Positions 31,392-50,884 of a stretch of DNA of 64,000 nucleotides are shown here, piece by piece. Made by a program: the position numbers and the translations under genes. The notes under the pieces are model-generated. The model was not told the DNA's origin and did not search any database. It saw only the letters and a list, made by a program, of their open reading frames with translations. Position 1 is the stretch's first letter. Every line of letters starts with the position of its first letter. The DNA is from the human T2T-CHM13v2.0 reference genome, Homo sapiens: assembly GCF_009914755.1 (NCBI RefSeq), contig NC_060934.1; one strand, written 5' to 3'.

Positions 31392-31452
31392 TTTTTTTTT
31401 TTTTTGAGACAGAGTCTTGCTCTGTCGCTCAGGCTGGAGTGCAGTGGCGCAA
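31392..31452 (-). mobile_element. Heavily 5'-truncated Alu (~60 bp) with its own TSD
   Basis: Poly-T plus Alu 3' end, flanked by tgagagatcac repeats. Confidence 0.8.
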
Positions 31453-32652
31453 TGAGAGATCACGTTCTTAATGTGGCTATGTTAGTCTGGTTTCTCCAAG
31501 GAGTACAGACAGGATGGGATTAATCATGCAAGGGTTTTATTAAGGGAAATGTCTGGGAGAGAAAAAGGGCAGGGAGCTGGAGGAGGCTGAGGGAGTCATT
31601 GTAAGCTTGACCTTGAGTGAAGGAGAGGGCAAGGGACAGTGGGCAGAGGTGTTGCAGGCAGCTGTGCAGTCCAGGGAAAGCAATCTTTCGGCAAGGAGGT
31701 GGGTGTCTCCTGGGAATGAGCCTAGCATCCTCAATAAAAGGCTAACAGCAGCCTCTGGGAAGCAGGGCCTTGGGCAAACGCAAGGGCACAGGAGCTGCGG
31801 GGCTTGGTCAGTGATGCTCCTTGTGGTTGAAGGTGGACGGAGCACATCCTCATGGTCACCATAAGAACTTCACAGAGCCTGACCTGCAGGTGCTGTGTGC
31901 CCTTCGTCACTTTATTCACCTTAGAAGTTTTCCTGTGCTCTGTCATACAAAACCTTTAAAAATCCCATCTCTTGCAATGTCGGTCCTGGTATATGAAGAG
32001 ATGCTTTTTCAATCCTACAACATCTCAAATTTCTGTATTTGTTCTATTCCCTTTCTTTCAGCTTGCAAAGCACTCAGTTCTTTCTTGAATTCATTTCTTT
32101 CTGTTAACACCTTGCCAAACACAGTCACTAGCAACCAACACTTATTCCTAATGTTCTATTTTTCAACCTCCTCCCTTAGAATGAAAAGTTCAGAAAGCAT
32201 GGGGTCTGCTTTTGAAGTTACAGTGTCTAGCTTTTTAACTGAATGTTTTGCTGCTGCATAACATGGATCTCTAGCCTGTTAAACATCGCTCACCACCCAA
32301 CTGCTAAGGCAGTAACACAGTTTATATTTCTGTTTCAGCAGCACCCTGCTTCTGGGATACATTTTTATTTTAATCCTGTAATCAGCGGAATCTGCTGCAA
32401 TAGGCAAACTGAGAAATCTCAGTGGCTGAATTTAACACAGGTTTATTTCTTGCTAGTGTCACGGTCTGTTGTGGGACTGGGAGACTCAGGGCCCCAGGCT
32501 GCTTCATCTCACACCACCACCTGATTCCTTGTTTCTAGCCAGTGGACATGAGGCAGAGAGTGCAGAGCGGGCCCACCATCTCCTAACTGCCTTGGCCCGG
32601 GAGTGACACAAGTTTCTTCCTTCAGAGAGTGCTGCAATGTCCCTTGATGTTC

Positions 32653-33189
32653 TTGTAGCAAAGTCCAAAGCTTGTACTGCTCACAACACAACAGCCAATA
32701 AGTTGAGAGACAAGGCGTTGGGGCAAGGAAAGCAACTTTATTTCGGAGACCCAGCGAACCGAGAAGATGGCAACTAGTGTCCTAAAGAACCTCCTAAGCT
32801 AATATGAATTTTGGGTTTCTTTTATGTTAAGGGAAGGGGGAAGAGGCGGGGGGGTTGAGATCAAAGGGTGAGCAATGACTATGGACATCTGGGTGGCAGC
32901 GAGGGTAAAGTTCTTTGTCCTTGGTCAGGTCACAATGCTCTTATACATTTTTAACATGACATCGTTACTTGTGTGTACACCCTCTTTGTCTCCTGGGGGG
33001 TTCGTTTTGGGGAGGGGCTATTATCATCCTTGCTTTACAGTTAAACTATACACTAAATTCCTCCCATTGTTAGCTCGGCCTATGTGCGGAGGTAAGCAAA
33101 AGCAGTTAACCTAAAAGATATCACTGCAGGGGCCGGGAGGTTAGGAGTAAGTTGGAGCTAGTCATGCTCGGCCTCCTTTTCACTGTACA
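32653..33189 (-). mobile_element. ERV1 (MER4-group-like) LTR
   Basis: TG...CA-bounded element with gcaactttatttc (antisense AATAAA) and typical ERV1 LTR motifs; subfamily uncertain. Confidence 0.55.
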
Positions 33190-33410
33190 TTCTCTCTGCT
33201 GGAGATGGAAGGAGAGCTCAGTCTTGGACGCCCACCCCCGCAGGCTGGTGTGGCTGTTGCGTTTCTCCCTAGAGGAATAGAGAGTGGGAGATGGTTGTGG
33301 ACCTGCCCCCAGGCCAGTGTCTCTCTGGCATTCTTTTTGTGGATGACAATGTTCCATAGAGTGATGTGATGGTTGTTTACCACTGGGCAGCTTAGGTCAT
33401 TCCTTACTGA

Positions 33411-33617
<207 letters not shown>

Positions 33618-33677
33618 TGAGGGGTGCTATGGGGTGTTGGGTGGGGCCTAGGCATGGAAGCTATGCTTAGCCCCACG

Positions 33678-33819
33678 CACGGCTAATTTTTGTATTTTTA
33701 GTAGAGATGGAGTTCCATCATGTTGGCCGGGCTGGTCTCAAACTCCTGACCTCAGGTGAGCCACCCGCTTCGGCCTCCCAAAGTGTTGGGATTATAGGCG
33801 TGAGCCACCACACCCAGCC
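33678..33819 (-). mobile_element. Alu left monomer
   Basis: Antisense left arm ~60 bp downstream of the exon 2 donor. Confidence 0.85.
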
Positions 33820-34175
33820 TTAATGATGGTATTTTAATTGAAAGATTCTAAAATCAGGTAAACAACACTGAAAACTATACAAAATAAAGAACAACTCACA
33901 CCCACCACCTAATGTAACCATAGTGAATGTTTAGTTAATACATGCTTTGTAAATTGTTTTATTCACACCTTGACAAATTGACTTATAGATCCAAAATGCT
34001 ACTTAAGATTACTATATGGTACAGGTATTTATTATATGATATGAGAAACCCAACTTATTGGTCTTATTGGTGGACATTTGGGTTGTTTACCATTTTTTAT
34101 ATTATAAAAATAATCTGACAAGCATCTTTTACATGCATCTTTGTTTTATTTACTTATGAATTTATTTATTTATCA

Positions 34176-34473
<298 letters not shown>

Positions 34474-34497
34474 CTACATGTATCCTTGTACGCTTGA

Positions 34498-34914
<417 letters not shown>

Positions 34915-35034
34915 TAATTAGCCCCTGAGACCACTGGGGCTGACCTCTGGTTTGGATCAATCCTTGGCCATTGGTTGGTACTGGGTGCTTTATGAGAATA
35001 GAAATCTGTAATGTCTGAGCAGGAAGGAACTTGA

Positions 35035-35371
<337 letters not shown>

Positions 35372-35865
35372 GGGCCAATCCACTTCTTATTTTACAGATG
35401 AGGAAACTGAGGGTGAGACAGAAGAGACTTGGCCAAGTTCACATATAGTAGTGGTTAGGGATAGACTCAGAATCAGAACCGGGGCCTTTTGCATCCCAAA
35501 CCACCAGTCCAGAAATGAGGCCTAGAACATTCCTTGTTCATAATATTCAGGTAATAATAACACTCTTCTGGAAATATTTATGAGGATTCAAGGAGATGAT
35601 ATAGTCACATTTTGTGGTCTAGGATAAAGAGTTATTGGTCTATTGACAGGTGCTGGTTAGAACAAATAGTAGGTTTTTCCGGTAACGTTGAGCTTTTTAA
35701 TGGAGGTCTAGAGTCATCCTAGGGACATGATCTTATGCTGCTAGAAGCCATGGCCAGAGTTTGATGGAGTTGTTAACGTGTGTGCAGAGAGTCTTGCAGT
35801 TGTCAATATACTCATGGCATTTTCCCATTAAAAAAATTTTAAAACTTTGTTTTGCCCCATACTAA

Positions 35866-36217
<352 letters not shown>

Positions 36218-36242
36218 AATGTTGGCCTTTTCATGTATGTTG

Positions 36243-36245
<3 letters not shown>

Positions 36246-36297
<52 letters not shown>
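36246..36297. repeat. (AT)~25 microsatellite fused to an Alu poly-T tail
   Basis: Read directly. Confidence 0.95.
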
Positions 36298-36330
<33 letters not shown>

Positions 36331-36598
36331 AGACGGAGTCTCCCTCTGTCTCCTTGGTGCGATCTCGGCTCACTGCAAGCTCCGCCTCCCGGGTTCATGC
36401 CATTCCCTTGCCTTAGCCTCCTGAGTAGCTGGGACTACAGGCGCCCGCCACCGCGCCCGGCTAATTTTTTTTTTGTATTTTTTAGTAGAGACGGGGTTTT
36501 GTGTTAGCCAGGATGGTCTCGATCTCCTGACCTCGTGATCCGCCCACCTCGGCCTCCCAAAGTGCTGGGATTACAGGCGTGAACCACCGTGCCCGGCC
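36298..36598 (-). mobile_element. AluY-like with a short internal deletion
   Basis: TSD tatgttgcaaatat; lacks the gcccaggctggagtgcag segment. Confidence 0.88.
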
Positions 36599-37451
36599 TA
36601 TGTTGCAAATATTTTTATCAGTGTTATTTTTTTCTTAAATTTGGTTTCAGTATGTTCAGATGTACATAGGATTAAACTTTTAATTGGCTAAATCTATCAG
36701 TCTATTTATTTTCATTATTTGCTTCATGCTTAGAAGAATCTGTGACATCACAAGCTTATAAAAATCTACATTGTTTATATGTCTTTCCTGATTTTACTTC
36801 AACTAGTTTTCCTTCACTTTGGAGGGTGATGTAATAGAGGGCTCTTTATTTTCTTCCAAATGGCAGCCAGTAGTCCCCATATTATTTATTATGTAATCTG
36901 TCTTTTCCCTTCTCATTTGACTTGCTGCCTTCATTGGATTCTTACTTGTTACTTACTTGTGGACCTTTTTGTGGATTTTTCTTCTTTGATTTATTATTCC
37001 TGAGCCAGACTTAATTGTTTAATTATTGTAGCTTTAAAATAAATTTTAACATCTGTTAAGGTAAGAACCCTACCATTACTCTTCATTTCCAAAATGTCCT
37101 TGGCTAATCTCACCCATTTTTTTTTCTGCCAGGGAAACTTGAATTATTTTGTCATTATCTCCCACCCTCTTAACAACAAAGACCTCGGTGATTTTCATTA
37201 GAATTGCATCAATTTATAGCTGTCTTTGTGAAAAATGGACATTTTTACAATATTGAATCATTGAATCTTCTTGTTCAGAAATGTGATATGTTATTCAAAG
37301 GTTCTTTTTGTCTTTGTTAATTTTTTAAAATACCTTTAAAAGTGCTGACCACCTAATCCCAAACTTTCTCAATAACTTTTATCTATATACCTATATGCTT
37401 CTATTTTTTGGAACTTGGTAAAATTTATTTTCTTGAAGTGCTCCACATTTG

Positions 37452-37748
<297 letters not shown>

Positions 37749-38024
37749 ATGCATTTCTTTTTTAGTTAAACTTCAGGTTTAATATTCGTTGTTGCTATTG
37801 TGAATAAGATTGTACCCATTATTTTTAAACCTATTGTACTTGCTAGTTATATATTTGGATCCACAGCCTGTGGTTGAGACACTCAGTGAACCTGAGAGTC
37901 TGGCCAGATGGCCCTAGTGATCCTCCATGAGTGTTATTAATCTCCTTATTTAATTTTCCCATGAGTTGTAAATTTTTTAGCAGATTTTCCTGAGTTTTTA
38001 TTATCAATTAATTAATTAATTAAT

Positions 38025-38326
<302 letters not shown>

Positions 38327-38446
38327 TAAATGGAGTATAATGTGGAAAACAGTATTTGGAAACAGTATGTACCCTCCACACATTTTATTTTTTTAAAATT
38401 TCAAACATGAAGAAAAGTTGAAAGAAAAAATAAAATGAATACTCAT

Positions 38447-38554
38447 ATATTCTCCATTTAAATTCACCAATTTTTAACATTTTACCACATTTGCCTTCTC
38501 TCTCTGGCAAATGTGGTAAAATATTAATAATTGGTGAATTTAAATGGAGAATAT
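38447..38554. repeat. Inverted repeat: 49-bp arms, 10-nt spacer, 2 mismatches
   Basis: atattctccatttaaattcaccaatttttaacattttaccacatttgcc / ggcaaatgtggtaaaatattaataattggtgaatttaaatggagaatat. Confidence 0.92.
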
Positions 38555-38646
38555 TTATATGCTCACTCACACTCATATACACTTTGTTGTTGCTATTGTT
38601 TTACTAAACAATTTTAAAGGAAGTCATGGATGATGATATTCTAACC

Positions 38647-39087
<441 letters not shown>

Positions 39088-40080
39088 ATCAAAACCTAAG
39101 AAGTTCAACATGCATCTCCTATGAAGAAGGGCATTTCCCTCCACAGCTATAAAAGTCATTTTCACACCTATTGAAATGAACAATAACTCCATAATAGTAT
39201 TTCAAATCCAACCCACAGTGGAGAGATACTTAGTTTATGTTGCTGGGTTTTGCATATGATTATTTAAGTCTGTTTGGGAAGAAAACCAATTCTTTTTATC
39301 TCTCTCCTAACCGTGAAAGCACCTGCTCTAATTTCTGGCCTTCCTCTTTCCCACATGGGGGCTGAGCTCCAGATACTGGAAGAGTGGCTCTGTGGAGCTG
39401 GAGTCCTGGGGCTCAGCTCACAAGGAGATCATGAAGGGATTAAGGTATGAGTGGAGGTTTTCTGGTCAATGGTCTCCTTGAGAACCTCAGTGATAGAGTG
39501 GGTGAGAAATTGTGGGATGTTCTATGCTGGGGCTCATGAAGGATCACTAGGGCCATTTGGCCAGACTCTCATGTTCACTGAGGGTCTCAACCACAGGCTG
39601 TGGATGTTATTGCCAAGGAAGGTTATGATTATTATATGTTTGTTTTGGTTCAAATATTAATTTGATAAATGTGAATGTTTAAACTTCATTAGAAATAGTA
39701 ATCTTGATCTGGCATATCTTCATTTTGAAGAGCCTCAGAAATGCCTTGGAGAGGCTCATTAGGGCACTATCTGTTAGCAACATTAGAACAAGTACTGTGC
39801 AGTTGAATGGTCCAGGTTCATGAGCTGAGATATCTTCTGTTTGCTCTGCCTGTAAGTGCACTGCCCTTTTGCTGTGTGGAACTCTTCATCACAGGAAATA
39901 GTTAAGCCTAGGCTAAAACATGATCTGAAAGGTTTCTGTGGTAGGTTAAATGGGATTTGCGGCAAATTGTTTGCCCCTCCTCCCTTTGAGAGGTAGGATC
40001 TATTCCCCCTCCCTTTTTGGCTGCGCCAGCCTTATGACTAGCTGTGATGTGTAGAATGCAGTAGTAATGACTGATATAAC

Positions 40081-40379
40081 TTTTTAATTTTTTAATCCGA
40101 GATGGAGTCTCACTCTGTTGCCCAGGCTGGAGTGCAGGGACATGATCTTGGCTCACTGAAACTTCTGCCTCCTGGGTTCAAGTGATTCTCCTGCTTCAGC
40201 CTCCCAGGTAGCTGGGATTACAGGTGCACACCACCACACCCAGCAATTTTTTGTAGTTTTAGTAGAGACAGGTTTCACCATGTTAGCCAAGTTGGTCTCG
40301 AACTCCTGACCTCAAGTGATCTGCCTGCCTCAGCCTCCCAAAGAGTTGGGATTACAGGCATGAGCCACTGCGCCTGGAC
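40081..40379 (-). mobile_element. Alu (AluS)
   Basis: TSD tgata(t/c)aactttt. Confidence 0.88.
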
Positions 40380-40710
40380 TGATACAACTTTTGAGGAAAG
40401 ACTATAACGGAGCTGAAGTTTCTACTTTTCCCTCTCTTGCGATGCTCATTTTTGGAAGCTGTCCTATAAGAATCCCTACTACCCTACACTACACACTGTA
40501 AGGAAACCCAAGTTAGCCATGCAGAGAGGAAGAGGCTACATGGAGAGGCACTGATCCACCAGACACATGAGCAAAGCCTTGGTTCTGCCAGCCCATCCCA
40601 GTGAATGACCCCAACCAAATGATTGACCTCAATTGATACCAAGTGGTGCAGAAGAGCCACCCAGCCAAGCCCTTCCTGAATTATTAACCTGCAGAATCAT
40701 ACACAAATAA

Positions 40711-41174
<464 letters not shown>

Positions 41175-41276
41175 TTAGACCACTGAATTTTCTGGTAATT
41201 TGTTACTCAGCAGTAGACAACCAAAAACAGCTTCACCAAGGGATTTATGCATTGGGTTAGAGATTGGCTTAGATAA

Positions 41277-41548
41277 TTTTTTTTCTTTCTTTTTTTTTTT
41301 CGAGACAGGGTCCGGCTCTGTTACCCAGGCCAGAGTGCAGTGGCACAATCTCAGCTCACTGCAACCTCCGTCTCTTGGACTCTAGCCATCGTCCCACTTC
41401 AGCCCCCCAAGTAGCTGGGACTACAGGGATGCACCACCATACCTGGCTAATTTTTGTATTTTTTGTAGCGATGGGGTTTTGCCATGTTGCCCAGGCTCAT
41501 CTGGAATTTCTGAGCTCAAGCAATCCGCCCATGTCAACTTTCCAAAGT
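41277..41548 (-). mobile_element. AluJ-like
   Basis: Antisense Alu consensus. Confidence 0.82.
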
Positions 41549-41899
41549 GAGATAATTTTTACTGTGTCTTTCAACAGTAGGGTTCTAACATTCTGAGTCT
41601 TGCTTGTAGGAATGTACCAACAACCTTCATTTAATACTCTCTTTTTTTCCTGAGAACCTAAGGGGAGGCTGTTTGTTGTGGGGGAGGAGGGGAGAAATAA
41701 ACTACCAGCTCTCAAAAGCTTACAGGGTGCCAGGGGAGAGAGAGACAACTCCATGAGCAACCCTTAGTGCCAACCACACCCCGGGGAGTATAATGGAGGG
41801 CAGAGGAGTAACTTTAGAGGTCTGGGCATGAGCAAGCACAAGAGATGGAAAGGAGAACTGTAGAATGATGAATGGTCTGCTGGAAGGAGAGAGAAAAAG

Positions 41900-42530
41900 T
41901 TCATGATGGATGGAGCCAGACATACGCCTGGAAAGGAGGTAGGGTGTGAAGCTCTTAAATGCTACATTAAGGGGGTGGACTTTCCTCTGTGGGCAAAGCA
42001 GGATCTTGATACAAAGAAGGATGTGGTCAGATGAAGTTTTAGGAGCACCACTGATGGCAATGATGTGATTCAAGTGATGAGTTTTCAGGCAAGGAGACTA
42101 GTTAGGAGATTTTTGCAATGGTCAAGGCCAATGAGCAAGGGTCTGGACAGAGTCTATGACAACGAGGAAGGAGAGAAGGGATGGATATAGCAAAATGGTG
42201 GTGGTGAAATCAATAGGGCTTGGCATCAATTAGATGTTGGGATGAGGGAAAGCAAAGAGCAAAGACATCCAAGTCCCAAGCTGGGAGATGAGGAGATGGC
42301 AGCACCATCCCACCATGGGGAGCTGGGGAGGGTGTGCAGATTTGCAGGAAAGAGAAAGTGCTTAGATTGACTGCATTGAGGGATTTTTACCCCACAGAGA
42401 AGGGAGATAGGTGGAGGCTGGAGGAGAGGTGAGAGCTTGGGTGAAAAGCCTGGTGATGGAGAGAGATGGGCTGGGCTCACTTTCTGCAGCTCATGTTGAG
42501 GATGTAGGCAGGTTCTGCTAATTCTCCAGG
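41900..42530 (-). mobile_element. L2 fragment
   Basis: Purine-rich L2 motifs (ggcaaggagactagttaggagat..., ggagaagggatggat). Confidence 0.55.
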
Positions 42531-43443
42531 TCATGGAAAAGGTAATAATGACAACTGCATTCTGAAAATGGAAAAAAAAATCCCAGAATCTTTATATTGG
42601 GTTACAGAGGGAACTCTGAAGATGAGACAGCTGGAAACCGGTTTTTAAAAACCATTCTGCTGTGGCTGGTGCCATTTGAATGTAATTTACATGCATATAA
42701 AAGTGTTCCTTTAGAAAAAAGGAGATCCTGAGGCCAGATAAAATTTGCATTTATTTCCCCCGTGCTTTCTTAACTCCTAAAATTGCTTCTGGACATTTCT
42801 CCTTCTGTTCAAGACCACAGAACACGGCTCAATAAACATCCTGTGCTCTTCTTCCACCCCGGGGTCCTGTGACCTTCCTTCTCTGCTTGCAATCTCCCTC
42901 CCTCCTCCCACTCCCACCTCTTCCTGGTTTTACTCTTAACGAACAGACATGGTTGATTCTGTTCAGTTGTTTATTAATTTTTTTTCCATTTTCTATTCAA
43001 GGCCACTCCCTTTTTTTTTCTCCTTTAAGTTTGGAGTTCCTTTTGGCCACCTAATGAACTCCTATACAACTTTAGAAACGATTACTGCTTTATTTCCAAT
43101 AAGATTAGAAGTGGTGGGAAAATTTTCTACTTCTCAATTTTCTCTTGAAAATTTTAGACTTTACCAGAACTTCTCTAGGCAAGGCTGACGCCGACAAAAC
43201 AACATGATGTGGTGTACCCTGTCCCTCCCGGGGATCATCACAAACCCTGTCTTCTCTTTACCTGTTTGATAACTCATTCACTTCTCTGGTCAGCATTTAT
43301 GGAGCACCTGATATCTGCTATGTCCTGTGCTGTGAACTGGCAATGGAGGAATGAACAGCATAGGTTTGGTTCTGCTTTTTTGGAGTGCTTCAGCTCACTG
43401 TGGTGTTATTGGGGCCAGACTAACAACAAAAATGAGGATGCCT

Positions 43444-44015
43444 TTGTCACCTGAAAAATGATGAGGTTCATAAATTTGGAAAGGGGAGCTTTATATCTCC
43501 TAAAGGGTTGCAGCCTGCAGGTGGCTATTTTGACAGGCTGGGAAGCCCAGCTTCTGGTCAGAAGCTGGTAGCAGGCACTTTGAGGCAGGGAAGAATGAGA
43601 CAGGAGTTTATGCTGACCAGGTTAGCTGAGTCTACATATTACAATTAGACCCTATACATCAAAAGGCAAAGCAGAGGGCGTGAAGGCCCTTAGGGTACAT
43701 CCTCTGTAGACTGGCCAGAACTACTCTGTGGTCGGTGGTCTCTTATCAGGAAGGAAGGCTGGTCAGTTGTTGTGTCAAAACCATGAAAAGGGAGGGGCAG
43801 CATCAGGCTGTTGGTTGATATCAGTCTTTCAAAAGGGCTGGTTTCTATTTAGTCCTTAGGGAAGAAAGCCTAATGGTGGTTACCGAGGCAAGTCTGATCT
43901 CCTCTCCCATCATGGCTGGGAACTCAGTTTTTAAAGTTTCTCATGAGTCCCCTTGGCCAAGAAAAGGTCTGTTCCATTGCTTAGGGGGCCTAGGATTTTA
44001 AAAAATTTTTCACTT
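43444..44015 (-). mobile_element. ERV1 LTR (MER66-like)
   Basis: agggttgcagcctgcaggtggctattttgacaggctgggaagc...ccccttggccaag...ggggcctaggatttta. Confidence 0.6.
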
Positions 44016-44682
44016 TCTAGAAAAGGCATTTGTCTTGATGACATTTTCCACAGGATTGTGGCAGACCCTGGCCTCTGTGGGTTCCTGTGGTGTGCTGTTA
44101 CTGATGGGTTATGAGGAGAAGGGAGATTGAATAAGCTGGACAGCTCAGAGGGCTTTGGGCAGCCAGAGCAAGGCGATTAATTCCTAGGCAGCAGGGGAGT
44201 CTTTGCGTGTCTGGCCTTTTGGCTGCTAAACCTCAGAAAAATGGGCTTTTCTTTCAGTGGTATTAGATGGCTCAGAGAATTCTGGTAGTTGCAACAGCAA
44301 TGAGAATTTTTAGGCAATTTCAGCTTTGAGCGTTATTTTAGCAAGACCATGTGTAATGCAACAGTAGTTGCAAAATGTTTTCCTTTGTCGTCCCCATCCT
44401 TGTGAAGAGCTTTCCTTTATCACAGTAAATGGCCAGTCATTTTCCTCTGAGATGGGCGGTTGCTGTAGGCCTCTGGTTCCCTGGGTGGTGTCCTACTCTC
44501 CAGGTGAAGAAGAACTGATTGAACATGGCCCTACAATTTAACTTGCTGCTTCCTTTTAGTCACAGCCAGTTGAAGTAGGAACATTGCATTGTAATCTGAG
44601 GTGGTTAAGGGCCACTTATCCACCATAGGCCAGTCAGACACTTATCCACTGTGTGCCAGTCATTTCCTGGGCTCCAATCTCC

Positions 44683-45068
44683 TTGTTATGGGCTGAATTA
44701 TGTCCCTGCTAAAATCCGTATGTTGAAGTCCTAATCCCCGGGACCTCAGAATGTAACTATATTTGGAGATAAGCTCTTTACACAGGTAATTCAGTTAAAA
44801 TGAGATCGAGTGGGTAGACCCTACTCCAATATGACTGCTGTCCTTATAAAAAGGGAGATTTGGACACAGACGGGCACACACTCAGAGGGAAGGCTGTGAG
44901 TGACACAGCAAGAAGGCAGCCAGCCAAGGAGAAGGGCCTCAGCACGAAGCCAACCCTGCCACACCTTGACTTTGGATTGCAGCCTCCATGATTGAGGAAA
45001 TAGAGTTCTGTCATTTAAGCCTCCTCAATCTGTGGTACTTCGTTATGGCGGCCTGAGCAAATTGATAC
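44683..45068 (+). mobile_element. MaLR LTR (MLT1B-like)
   Basis: tgttatgggctgaattatgtccc...tatgttgaagtcctaatcccc...gtggtacttcgttatggcggcc...taca. Confidence 0.8.
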
Positions 45069-46379
45069 ACTCCTTATCTGCACAAGGAAGTGGCAGCATG
45101 CAGTTGATGTCCCTCTGGCTCTGACAGGCCTTGACTGTATTCTTCCTGACACCTGCTCCTGCCTGGAAGACCCCAGTGGGTCAGGGGTGGGTCCTTTGGT
45201 ATACTTCAATAGATCAACAAGCAGATAAAAGGAGATAACTGTGCATTTTTACTCCTTTGTTTTAAAAATGACAAGATTTTTGTTCCTTCTGACCTGACAT
45301 AGACTGGGGACTTTTCTCCAATTCAATGATTAATTTTTTAATGCTAAAAGTAGACAAAATTCCGATTTCCTTATGACCCACTCTCTAAGAGTTGGGAATT
45401 AAGGGCTAAAGAAGGTAAGTGACTTCTTCTAATTGTTCACCAAATACTTTTTCATCTGTTTTTTCCAGGCTACCACCTCCCTCCCTCTGGCCAGAAGAAG
45501 AGGGAAAGTTGAAAGGGAAACGTTGGGGTGTTGGGGTATCAGGCAGAGTGAAGGGAGCAGGAGGGAAACGGGGAGATTAAGGAAAGGTCTGAATTCTGAA
45601 TGGTGGGACCTGCAGCCAGGGTTGCCCCTAGGGTGTACAGAGTTGGCAAATATTTCTTTGTGCAGTCTTTGTTTATATTAAAAATCCGAGTCACATAAAA
45701 TCAGCCTTTTAGCACTATTCTGGTGACCCAATCTCATGTGATCCTCTGCTAAAAATACTGTGCTGGCAAGGGCTTCATCTGGTTGCTAGGCTACCCTTCT
45801 GGAACCAGGACCCCCGCACTGGGGCCCAGGGTGACTTCATAAATAGGAATCCTGGAGTTCCTTGGGATATCTGCTCAATCTCTTGATGAGGGATATGGTC
45901 AGAGAGCACCCTGAAGGAAAGAAACAGGGAGTCGGGCTCATGTAGAACCTATTCTGGGCCTGGGGCACCTTACCTGGACAACACCACCTGCCCTTACCAT
46001 TCCTGGGGGGACTAACTATTTCTGGCCACTCCTGAGGGGAGACTTGAGGAAATTTACAAGAAGGTGCTTTAAAGCATGGGTTTCTGTGAAGCATGGGGCT
46101 CAGGCCAGGGGCCCTGCTTGCTGCAGGCAGTCCTGCTTGCAGCCTGCTCCCCTCCAATTCCTGGAATGCTGGGGGTGATACCACCCAGGAAGGACAGAGA
46201 AGGCACTGAATAATCTCAGAGGAGGGGCCTCTAGATACTTACATCTGAGGGTCCTGCAACATGGCTGGTTCCTCCTACGATTGCCCTAGAGCAAAGTCCT
46301 CCTCTCAATGAAGCCTGGAGCATGCTCTCTGAGTTTCCTACTCAGATATTTCCTTCTCTCTTGAATATGAATAGTCAGG

Positions 46380-47480
<1,101 letters not shown>

Positions 47481-48635
47481 TAGCTGAGAAGTGTTAAATG
47501 CTGCTGCAAAATGGCAGAGTGGTCAAGAAAGAAACAGGGGCTCCAACTCAAGGAAGGTTGAGAGGTGTGTCATTGGTAGGTAGATGGAGAGGAGGCTTAG
47601 GTGGTAACCAGTGCAGATGGGAGAAGAAAAGATGGCACCCGGGGTAGTGTGTCCTTTGGAAAAAGATAACTTTTGTATTGTCTGTTATAAGAAAAAGCAC
47701 TTGGTTAAACACAGAGAATGATTTACTACATCTGAGAAAACTTTGGGAAAATTCAATATTCAGCTTCAAGATGTATTAACCCAGGAAAAACCAGAAAAAA
47801 TGACTGGAAAGAAAAGGCTTCCATACCTATCATATTTTACTGAATTTAAGTTACCTTTAATAGCAAAACATATCATTATTTAAGAGGATAAAAGTGTTGC
47901 TTATTAAAAAGCAAGCTGTAAGTTGTAAAACATCCAAATTTCAGAGATGTTACAAGGTTAAAAAAATGTACTTTTTGGAACTGATGAAAATAGCACCCTA
48001 TTTGGCTTTGCAGCAAACTATTTTGATGCTGATTATTGACTTAACTACAGATTATGAGGCAAATTTATTATGAGGCTGAGGAGAGAAAAAGTATGGCGTA
48101 TGGATGTTCACCTGTGGGAAATATAAGTGCTAAATATGCATGTGCCAAAAAAGAAAGGCAAGATTTAACATCTAGATTGATAACTTGATAAATCAAGGAT
48201 TAGCAGCATTAATCAGACACATGGACGTAGCCAAACAAAGGAACAGCTAACATAGTTGAAAATGGTGGCCTCCAGGCATTGGTTTAATTAAGGCTGGTTG
48301 GATTGGGTTCTGGTGAAGTTATTTAGAGACTGCTGATTTTCATTAGAAGCCTGTGGTTCATAATGTATGTTTAACACATACATGTTACTTTGATGTAAAC
48401 AAAGGTAGAAGAAAATACACACAGGTATAACTTTTTTAGAGCTCAGGAGTGGGACAGAAATGGGAAATTTAGGGACCCCAAATCTCTCTCTCTGAGACTT
48501 TATCCAGACTTAAGGTTAAGACATAATCATACCCTGCTTCACTGGCTTTCAGGAAGAGACCAGACACCTCTCCCTGTGTCTTCCCTCCCTCTTCCTCCAA
48601 AATGAAAGTACACCTAAGGATGGCACAGACTCCTC

Positions 48636-50442
<1,807 letters not shown>

Positions 50443-50546
50443 TTTTTTTTTTTTTTTTTTTTGGAGACGCCCAGGCTGGAGTGCAGTGGCGCGATCTCGG
50501 CTCACTGCAACCTCTGCCTCCTGGGTTCAAGCCATTCTCGTGCCTC
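50443..50546 (-). mobile_element. Alu 3' fragment abutting LTR12
   Basis: Poly-T plus partial right arm. Confidence 0.8.
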
Positions 50547-50559
50547 TTGAGTAACTCTT

Positions 50560-50871
50560 GTTTTTGTTGTTGTTGTTGTTGTTTTTTCTTTGAGATGGAG
50601 TTTTGCTCTTGTTGCCCAGGGTGGAGTGCAGTGGTGCGATCTCAGCTCACTGCAACCTCCTCCTTCCGGTTCAAGTGATTCTCCTGCCTCAGCCTGCCTA
50701 GCAGCTGGGATTACACACATGCGCCACCATGCTGGGCTAATTTTGTATTTTTAGTAGAGACGGGGTTTCTCCATGTTGGTCAAACTGGTCTCAAACATCT
50801 GACCTCAGGTGATCCGCCTGCCTTGGCCTCCCAGAGTGCTGGGATTACACGCGTGAGCCACGACGCCCAGC
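50560..50871 (-). mobile_element. Alu (AluSp/Sq-like) with (TTG)n tail
   Basis: Antisense Alu consensus. Confidence 0.88.
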
Positions 50872-50884
50872 TTTTTTTTTTCTT

